Assembly: GCF_009914755.1 (NCBI RefSeq)
Contig: NC_060931.1
DNA: 64,000 nt
Strand: one strand, 5' to 3'
Source of the DNA: the human T2T-CHM13v2.0 reference genome, Homo sapiens
A model generated the notes under the pieces. That model was given only the letters and a program-made list of their open reading frames with translations, was not told where the DNA came from and made no database searches. The position numbers were made by a program, and so were the translations under genes. Positions 48,076-64,000 of this stretch are shown here, in pieces (position 1 is the first letter of the stretch; the number at the start of each line of letters is the position of its first letter).

Positions 48076-48397
48076 TGTTGGGGTGATCAGACCCAACGCC
48101 AGGTAATGGGGCCGATGAAGTCCGGCAGAGTCAAAGGAATGAGAAAAAGACAGTTTGAGAGAGTAAGTGGGACCAGGGGGCCCTCAGGAGTGTGGAGAAT
48201 GAGAAGGCCCTGAGCCCTGGAAGCCCATGCTATTTGTTGGTGCTCAAACAAACAGGTAGTGAGGATGTGGGGGTTGAAAGCAAACAGTGTATCAAGTGAA
48301 TGATACATATGACTGCTTGAGATAATGGGAGTGCTAGAAGCAAGGAGCCAGCAAGTCTAGCAGACTTGCAAGCCCTGCCTCAGCTTTTCTCCCAACA
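48076..48397 (-). mobile_element. Solo LTR14A-like (HERV-K14 group) LTR
   Basis: TG...CA termini; perfect 6-bp TSD CCCTTA (48070-48075 and 48398-48403), typical of ERVK; minus strand begins TGTTGGGAGAAAAGCTGAGGCAGGGCTTGC. Confidence 0.8.
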
Positions 48398-48724
48398 CCC
48401 TTATTTTCTTATTTTCATGGCCTTACAATTATTTGCATAGGTTCAATAAGAATCTATACTCATTGTTACCAGAGCGTAATTGGAACTTCAGTTATTCCTA
48501 AATTTGACTTTATGGAGCCAATGCTTACTAGCCCAGTTTCTGGGTTATAGGATTCAGAGCTGGGCAGACAGAATAATGCCCATCACCCCCAAAGATGATC
48601 ACATCTAAATCCCTAGAACCTGTAAGTATCTTATCTTACGGGGCAAAAGACAGTTTGCAGATATGATTAAGGTTAAAGATCTTGAGCTGGGGAGATTATG
48701 ATTAAGGTTAAAGATCTTGACTTG

Positions 48725-49800
48725 GGTAGCCTACACGGATGCCATTGTTAGCAGATCCAGGCAAGCCAATTCTTGGCCCACAGGTGGCTTGCTTCAGCAC
48801 AGGCAGTGGCAGTGGTAGGCCAAGCAGATGGGCAGGTTCTCGGGCCCCTGAGCAGCATGCATGATGTTGGCAGTGGCAATAGAGGGGGCAAGCCAACCCT
48901 TGAGCTCCCTGGCAGCAATCACTGGTGTTAGCTGCAGTGACGATGGGGTGGACGGGCCACTCCCTAGGCCCCCAGGTGGCATGTGAGGGTGAGTGCCCGC
49001 AATGGGAGTGGTGGCAGGGTAGGCAGGTCTGTCTTCAGTCCCCTGATAGGAATGCACAGATGCCAGAGGGGGTAGGCACGGCAAGGCAATCCCCAGACCC
49101 TTGGAAAGTGCATTTGGCACTGGGGCGATGGCATCAGCTGTGGCATGCCCTTCCTCAGCCCCCCCCCCCCCCCATGGTGCCCATGGGTGCAGGCTGTGTT
49201 GCATGGGGCGGTGTGATCCCTGGGCCCTGGGACTGCATGCTCCTGCACCATCAGCAGGCCAGCTGGGTCTTTTGTCAGACCTACTGATGGTGTGCACGTG
49301 TGCCCAGGGCAACAGATGGGTGAGCAAACCCTACGTGATCCCCAAGGTGGTCTCCAGGTGGTGTGCTTGGGTGGCAACAGCTGCAGTAACAGTGGGCAAA
49401 TAAAGCCTATCTTCTGAGCCTGGGATGGCATCTGTACCTGCTGGTCCCCAGGCTGTATGCTGTATGCTCTATGCAGTATGCAGCAGTTCTGTTGCAGGGG
49501 GTCGGGGAGCAGGGTTGCTGTCAGTGGCGGCAGTCCTAGGCAGGTAACTCGGAGCACGTGCTTTAGCTGCCTGTGTCCCAAAGGCAGCCTCCCCCATTCC
49601 CTGAAGTATATAAGACACTGTGTGGGCTACAGTGCTGGGGACCTGGCCGCAGGGTTGGGTCCAGCTGGTGTTACATCACTGCAGCCGTCCAGGAGGACAT
49701 GAGGGGGATGTCAGTGGAGCTCCAGGAATGTGGAGACGCAGGAGTTTTTGGGCCCCAGGGCAGGATGCAGTCCGGCAGGTGCTTGCTCTCAAAATGGTGT
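48725..49800 (-). mobile_element. Old L1 5'UTR-like GC-rich segment
   Basis: GC-rich but CpG-depleted, with repeated ggcagtggcag / ggcccccagg motifs typical of antisense old L1 5' ends. Confidence 0.5.
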
Positions 49801-49812
49801 CCTTGGAGGCTA

Positions 49813-49944
<132 letters not shown>

Positions 49945-50869
49945 TTAGCCAGGCATGGTGGCAGGAGCCTGTAATCCCAGCTACTCAAGAGGCTAAGGCA
50001 GGAGAATCGCTTAAACCGAGTAGGTGGAGATTAGAGTGAGCCAAGATTGTACCACTGCACTTCAAGCCCAGGTGACAGAGTGAGACTCTGTCTCAAAAAA
50101 ACAAAAAAATACTGCTCAGTAGTTTTGGGTTTCTTTGGGGGAGTGTTGGGGGGTTTGAGACAAGTCTTACTGAGATTATAGGCACAGGCCACCATGCCCA
50201 GCTAATTTTTGTATTTTTAGTAGCAACAGGGTCTCATCATGTTGGCCAGGGCTGGTTTCAAACTCCTGGTCTAAGGCAATCCTCCTGCCTTGGCCTCCCA
50301 TAGTGCTGAAATTACAGGCATGAGCCACTACATCTGGCCTCTGTTTAGTACTTGTAATTAACATGCAATTACTGTATAACCCAGAAATTATATTCCTAGC
50401 CATCCATTTAATGTAAATGAAAGCATATGTCTACAAAAAGACTTATATAAGAATGTTAATAGCACCTTTATCAAAATAGCCTAAAACTATAAACAACATG
50501 TCCAAGAAGAGGGTGATAAACAATCTGTAGTGTATTTATTCAAAGAATACTAGTCAGCAATGGAGAAGGAGTTACTTATATATGAAACAAAGTGGATGAA
50601 TCTGAAAGTCAAGATACTGAGTAGAAAAAGCCAGACACAAAATTGTCTGTACTATTTGATTTCATTCATGTGAAACTTCAGAAAAGGCAAAGCTATTCCA
50701 CGGCAAGAGGAATTTGAACACCGTTTGCCATTAAGATGAGAAGGCTGACTTGAAAGGGGCCTGAAGAAACTTTCTGGATTTAAATACTGGTAAAAGCTCA
50801 TTAAATGTTGATTTTAAAAATAATGTCACACAAAGATAAAGCAAAAGTTGCCTAGCAAATTACTTCTCA

Positions 50870-51396
<527 letters not shown>

Positions 51397-52212
51397 CACT
51401 CCCTAATTTTAAAGCTTTCTACAAAGCTACAGTAATCAAAACTATGTGGCAGTGGCATATCAAAGGACAATATCAAGAAGGTGAAAAGGCAACTTACAGA
51501 ATGGGTGAAAATATTTTCAAATTGTATATGCAATAAAGGTATGATATCCAAAATGTATAAATAACTCCTACAACTCAACAGCAAAAAGGAAAAATAACTA
51601 AAATGGATGAAGGACTTGAACAGACATTTTTCCAAAGAAAATATACAAACGGGAAATAAGATGCAAAGATATTCAATATTATTAGGAAACTCAAGTCAAA
51701 ACCACAACTTTGTACTTACTAGGATGGCTACTGAAAAACCAAAAACAGAATATAAGTTGTGGCAAGGTGGTGAAACTGGAACACATACATTGCTGGCGGG
51801 GGTTGCGGCTGCTCTGAAAAACAGTGTGGCCATTCCTCAAAAGGCAAACAGGCCGGTTGCAGTGGTTCAAACCTGTCATCCCAGCATTTTGGGAAGCCGA
51901 GGTGAAAAAGTTAATTTTATTAAAGATTGTCCCCATTTTAAATAACACACAAAGTTTCAAAGTAAGAAACTAAACTCGTTATGGTTCATCTAGATATTAG
52001 TTTTTATAAAAATCATTTTAATTTTTCTATTACAGTCCTGCAGCAGAACAGTTCTTCCCTGAATACGAGAACCCAGAAAGGTACATTTTTATTTTCAACG
52101 TTCTGATATTAGTACAATTTGGACCCAAAAGTAATATGGTTATTCTGAACTTTTCACAACATAAATAACAAAATCATTGTAGAGAACATGTGTTTATTTT
52201 TCATGTGTGTAA

Positions 52213-56999
<4,787 letters not shown>

Positions 57000-57580
57000 T
57001 GAGACACTGCGTCCAACCTTTTATTTTTTTGAGACAAGAGTCTCATCTCACTCTGTTGCCTAGGCTGGAGTGTAGTGGCTCGATCTTGGCTCACTGCAAC
57101 CTCCTCCTCCCAGCTTCAAGCGATTCTCTTGCCTCAGCCTTCTGAGTAGCTGGGACTACAGGCACGCGTCACCATGCCCAGCTACTTTTTGTATTTTTGT
57201 AGAGATAGGGTTTCACTATATGTTGGCCAGGCTGGTCTTGAACTCATGACTTCAGGTGATCCGCTCACCTCAGCCTCCCAAAGTGTTGGGATTACAGGTG
57301 TGAGCCACTGAACCCAGCTTCAATACCTATTTGGCAGTGGCCAGGCCAGAACCTATCACTCCCAAGCCCAAGAATGCTCACTGACTCTTCCCTGTGAAGA
57401 AGCAAACCCTGGCTCTTGGATGTGGTGCTCTGGGTCTGACACCTCAGCTCTCTTGTGATGCCCCTGTCACTCACCCTCCCAGGATCACCTGCTATGCTCT
57501 TTGGTCACTTGCAAGGTCCTATATGGTAAGTTTACCTCTCCCTCTATCCCCCAAACAGAACACTCACCTTTGCTTGCTGA

Positions 57581-57900
<320 letters not shown>

Positions 57901-58109
57901 TGACCTCAGGTGATCCGCCCGCCTCGGCCTCCAAAAGTGCTGGGATTACAGGTGTGAGCCACCATGCCCAGCCCGGTCTTCCTTCTTCCTGCTGCAATGA
58001 AACTTGATTTATGCTGATGCACCACCCTCAAGGCCCACAGAGCTGCACCTCGGTGTGTGTATGCTGCACGATGTGGAAAAGGCAGGGGCCCACGAGAGAA
58101 TGGTCACCC

Positions 58110-58572
58110 TTTACACACCACACACACACATTGACTGATACATAAATACAAACAGCACACCACTGATGATGCACATTCCCCCAATGCACCACACAACCAT
58201 ACACCCCCCCACACACTCACACGCTTAGTGCACATGCTCCTCTCCACACAGACCATACACACCATCAGTCACACATTCCACCCCGCCACACACAAACACA
58301 TGCATGTGCACATGCACACACTTACCACAGAGGACAGATACCACACAGCGACTCACACCACCCGACGTGCACACGAAAACAGACAAATCACACATCACTG
58401 TGGGCATGGGTTGCCTCAATACACTACACGATCACACTAACCATCCCCCAAATACAGACAGATACACACACGGAGAGCAGATGTTTGTCACACACAGACC
58501 ACTACTGACACACACAAACACACCCACCCTGCTGAGGGCAGATGCCCCAACACACTCACACACACGCATACA
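58110..58572 (+). repeat. Degenerate CA-rich low-complexity tract
   Basis: ~460 nt of imperfect (CA)n. Confidence 0.85.
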
Positions 58573-59473
58573 GAGTGGGCTCTGGGCACTTCCTCAGCCT
58601 TGGCCTCTCCAAACCCACAAAGGTTGTCTTTGCATCCTGTGTCCTCCAACCCAGGTTCTGGCCCAGGCAGGGCTCTTCAGGCCACTTTAGCCTGTCTCAC
58701 CTCCAAAACCCAAATTCTGGCCTGAGTCATGTCCCACTAAGCTCAGGCAACTGGATTGGGCTGTATTCACAAAGTCAGTCTAGGAACTAAATTTCCAGAT
58801 GGTAGTCTGTTTTGCTGAGTAAGATATTCATGGTTGCCAGAACTAAAACTTTTCCTCACAATAGATAGTGATGCCCTCCTTCTCCACCCTCCTCCCTAGC
58901 AATGAGCAGCAGCTCATCGAAAGAGAAGCTAAGGGGCCGGGCACGGTGGCTTACTCCTATAATCCCAGCACTTTAAGAGCCCAAGGCAGGAGGATCATTT
59001 GAGGCTAGGAGTTTGAGACCAGCCTGGGCAACATAGCAAGGCTCCATCTCTACAAAAAATTTAAAAATTAACCAGGTGTGGTGCATGCCTCCAGCTACTC
59101 AGGAAAATGAGGAGGGAGGATTGTTTGAGCCAAGGAAGTCAAGGCGGCAGTGAGCTATGATGACACCACTGCACTTCAGCCTGGGCGACAGAGGGAGAGC
59201 CTGTCTCAAAAAAAAACTGTCATTTTTTTCTGGGAGACTGAACAGTTTCTGGTCACACACCACATGAGTCCTAAGATGAGGTACAAGGGGAGCCAAGAAC
59301 CGCCTTCCAACGTATCCCACAATGAGTCTCCCCCTCCATCTCACTTATCCTGGTGGATCTTTGGCAAGGAATAAGAGCAATGAACTTCAAGTTACTTGAG
59401 TGAGCAAAATCCCATGGAAGTTAAAATATAATTCATTTTGTCTTTCATTAAAAAGTATCATGTCAATTTGGGT

Positions 59474-59514
59474 ATGTGTGTGTGTGCATGTGTGTGTGTG
59501 TGTGTGTGTGTGTG
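59474..59514 (+). repeat. (TG)n microsatellite
   Basis: Direct reading, one interruption. Confidence 0.9.
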
Positions 59515-59853
59515 ACTTTTTTGAAGATGGAGTTTTCTCTTGTTGCCCAGGCTAGAGTGCAGTAGCGCAATCTCGGCTCACTGCGACATCTGCCTCCTGG
59601 GTTCAAGCAACTCTTGTGCCTCAGCAGCCTCCTGAGTAGCTGGGATTACAGGCACCCACCACCATGCCAAGGTAATTTTTGTATTTTTAGTAGAGATGAG
59701 GTTTCACCATGTTGGCCAGGCTGGTCTTGAACTCCTGAGCTCAAGCAATTTGCCCACCTTAGCCTCCCAAAGTGCTAGGATTACAGGTGTGGGTCACCAC
59801 ACCTGGTCAGGCAAGAATATTTTTAAAGAAGTTAAGAAAACCCTAATTTAGTA

Positions 59854-59933
59854 TTAGGTTGGTACAAAAGTAATTGTGGTTTTTGCCATTACTTTTAATG
59901 CCAAAAACTACAGTTGCTTTTACATCAACCTTA
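59854..59933. mobile_element. MADE1 (Hsmar1-derived MITE), 80 bp
   Basis: ttaggttggtacaaaagtaattgtggtttttgccatt-actttt-aatgccaaaaactacagttgcttttacatcaacctta flanked by TA on both sides. Confidence 0.9.
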
Positions 59934-60791
59934 TATAACCTTATCTTAGTTGGTTTGCAGAAATTTGCAGTGGCTATATTTTCCAAGCTCAATCTATAGT
60001 TCTGGTAGTTCTGGTAGCATTTTTGGACCTCTATGCAAATGCAAAGCACATTTCTATATTTCAATATCCCTGTAACTGTGCAGTTGAGGAGTTCTCACCT
60101 AACCTTCAATTGGAAGTGATTAATCTGCCATATAATGACATGCTAAAATGCAAATTTCAAGAGAATATAACAGAACTCTATTCTTCCAAGCAATGAATAT
60201 GCTCAAGTTAAATCATATGTTCATGGACGGTATCAGTGTTTGGCAGTACGTATCTATCTTAAAAACATTTTCAAAGATGAAATATGTAAAATCTCATTAT
60301 AACCGGTAGAAACAGATGTACACAATTTTGATGCTGAAGAACACTAACTCTGGGGCCTAGCACAGTGCTGATGCCTGTAATCCCAGCACCTTGGGGGGCC
60401 TGAGGAGTAAGAATCCCTTGAGCCCAGGAGTTCAAGACCAGCCTGGACAACATAGTGAGATCCCCATCTCTACAAAAAAGTTTTAAAAATTAGCAGGGCG
60501 CAGTGGCTCAGGGCTGCTGTAATCCTGGCTACTGGGGAGGCTGAGGCGGGAGGATGCTTGAGCCCAGGAGTTTGAAGCTGCACTGAGCCATGATGGCACC
60601 ATTGCCCTCCAGCCTGGGTGACAGAACAAGGCCCTGTCTGAAAAACAAAACAAAATAAAACAAAAAAAACTAACTAACTCCGAACTCCAATTAAGCAAAA
60701 TGTTACGCCTAAAAAAATTCCATTCTTTGGCCAGGCGCGATGGCTGAAGCCTGTAAACCCAGCACTTTGGGAGGCCGAGGCAGGGGGATCA

Positions 60792-61461
<670 letters not shown>

Positions 61462-61894
61462 TGATTCCAGGACTGAAAGGAAGGCTTGTGTCGTCACCAT
61501 GGAGACGGACAGTCCAACGCTTCTAATTGGCAGGGACGAAGGGACGGGTCCTCGGCCCGTCCCCCTCGGCCCTCTAGGACCGGAAAATTCTGGCAAGGCT
61601 CGAGGCCGCGGTCCCCGGGGTCCGCATAGTCCCGATGAAAAACAGACCCGGGAAAGCTGGTGGGAGTCAGGAGCCCCGGCGATGAGGATTGCGATGAAGG
61701 AAGCAGGCTCGGAACGCCGCCAGCGCATGCGTATTGGGGATCTGAGGCCAGCGTCTTGCGCCGCCATTGCGGGGAGGCTGTCCTCAGAGCAGGTCTGGCG
61801 CGCCGGTGGCTGGACCGGCCCCAGGAGCCCAGTCACCGGGCGTCATTGGCTCAGGCTGCGGGGCCCTCGGCACCTTCTCCCGCCCGGGTCCACC

Positions 61895-61939
<45 letters not shown>
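61895..61939 (+). repeat. ZNF713: Uninterrupted (GCG)15 / (CGG)14 repeat, FRA7A locus, normal-length allele
   Basis: 45 nt of pure GCG counted directly; locus identity from established knowledge. Confidence 0.9.
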
Positions 61940-62013
61940 TCAGGGGGCGGAGCCTGCCGAAGCGCCCTTTGTCTGCGGAGGTGAGTGCGCGCCGGGAGGA
62001 GGCGGAGGCGGGA

Positions 62014-62063
62014 GGCGGCGGGCGGCGGGCGGCGGGCGGCGGGCGGCGGGCGGCGGCGGCGGC
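62014..62063 (+). repeat. (GGCGGCG)6 heptamer array merging into (GGC)n, just inside intron 1
   Basis: Six perfect copies at 62014-62055. Confidence 0.9.
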
Positions 62064-62426
62064 GGGAGGCGGCAGGTGGCGGGAGGGGCGGCCGCTGTCC
62101 CCGCTGTCCCCATTCCTGTCACCCGCCCCGTGTCCCTTTCAGATTTTTGGTCTTTTATAGGAAGGTCTTACCCGTTCCAATATTATAAACACATTGTCTT
62201 CTACTATCTGGGAATGACTCTGAGGCTGAAGAAAAACTTGCAGTTTATTTTTGGGCAAGCGTCCATAGGTGTCATTTTGGGGGAAAGTTTTTCCTCATCT
62301 CAGGATTATGCAAACGTTCGGCTTTATTTTCTTATAATACGTTTAAAGAATTTTTAAAATATTTTCTTTTTCTCCTTTTTATCTGTATTTCATTGAGTAT
62401 GATATTTGTGGTAAGGGGTTAGGTAG

Positions 62427-62729
<303 letters not shown>

Positions 62730-63292
62730 TAGCGACCAGGTCTCACCATGTTTCCCAGGCTGGTCTCTGAGCGCAAGTGATCCTCCCGCCTTGGCCTCTC
62801 AAAGTGCTGGGATTACAGGCATGAGCCACGGCGTTCGGCCAGCTGTTTCTAGATTCTGTCACTGCCCTGACAGTTTCTGCACTGAATACATATACGTACA
62901 TACATGCGTACATACATACATAGATTTTTTCATTTAAAATGTTTAGGCCGGTTGCGGTCCTGTAATCGCAGCACTTTGGGAGGCAGAGGCAGGAGGATCA
63001 CTTGAGCTCATGAGTTCGAGACCAGCCTGGGAAACATGGCAAGACCCTGTTGCTACAAAAAAAACTAGAAAAATTAACCGGACTTGGTGGTGTGTGCCTG
63101 TAGTCCCCAGCCACTCAGGAGGCTGAGGTGGGAAGATGGCTTTGGCCCAGGAGATGAAGGTTGCAGTGAGCCAGTCACTGCACTCCAGCCTGGGCGACAG
63201 AATCAGACCTTGTCTCAAAAAATAAAATAAATGTTTTAAGCAAATCCCCCTTAATTGTGTCCTTTCATATAATGATTTTTTTTTTTTTTTGA

Positions 63293-63553
<261 letters not shown>

Positions 63554-64000
63554 TGAGCCACTGCGCCCGGCCTGATCTATTTCTTTTAACTTAAATTGTG
63601 AGGCATTTAAAAGATACAGAAAAGTTTAAAAAAAAATAATTTTTTAAAAGGCAGGTTGGAACACTTAGTAGGTTGTAGCAATTAGTACGTTCTAAATAGA
63701 TAGTTATTCGGTGATGAATGTTGGTGGAAAGTCACTCTGTTGCTGAAAACTTGCGGCTCCCTGCCGCCATCAGGAAAATGTTCTAGTTCCTTAGTGATGC
63801 CCTCAAAGCCCTTTATGATCTTGATATTGCATCTGGCTTTGTCTTACACCCATGCACTTTTTTTTTACCCCCAAAAAAGCAGTTTAATTTGAGTGCAGAT
63901 TTGTATGTGAATTTCATTAGAAAAGAGGACTATATAAATCTTATGAGTTATAGTTCTTGTAACACGTTGGTGTCATTTTCAACTGATTGGAAATGTCAGC

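Larger units (their letters stand above)
61490..62130 (+). promoter_or_regulatory. ZNF713: CpG island / promoter and non-coding first exon of ZNF713 (donor GAG|GTGAGT at 61980/61981)
   Basis: Very CpG-rich. Contains an NRF1-like GCGCATGCG (61723-61731), a YY1-like CCGCCATT (61761-61768), ATTGG boxes and a GC box GGGGCGGAGC. Gene identity comes from the position ~25 kb upstream of and divergent to SEPTIN14 plus the CGG repeat; no ZNF coding exon is in the window. Confidence 0.8.

Noticed and set aside
61895-61939. Pathogenic FRA7A expansion
   Set aside because: Only 15 units, a normal-length allele.

Overview
Primate (most likely human, chr7p11.2) DNA, very rich in Alu, L1, LTR and DNA-transposon relics. 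Left half: the 5' part of SEPTIN14 (SEPT14) on the minus strand. Five coding exons (36235-36182, 20869-20749, 18936-18741, 17346-17160, 8803-8642) splice in frame into the first 240 aa, with GTPase motifs GETGIGKST and AKAD. There is also a probable MIR-derived non-coding first exon. Middle: a truncated MER4-type LTR fused head-to-head to a truncated LTR12, a solo LTR14A, and a CDC42 processed pseudogene whose 5' half was inverted after insertion, with deletions and a ~310-bp foreign insert. Right end: a CpG island and first exon carrying (GCG)15, which I recognise as the ZNF713/FRA7A repeat, followed by an intronic (GGCGGCG)6 array. Best leads: (1) open polyGly/polyAla uORF frames across the CGG repeat that run into the splice donor; (2) an atypical ACA|GTTAAGTAT 5' splice site in SEPTIN14; (3) the complex CDC42 retrocopy rearrangement with an orphan exon-like cassette; (4) two template-switch-type hairpins; (5) an unidentified retrocopy inside an L1. 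No wholly new biological system can be established from sequence alone. Most ORFs in the supplied track are Alu or L1 artefacts. Repeat names come from recalled consensus sequences and repeat boundaries are approximate.
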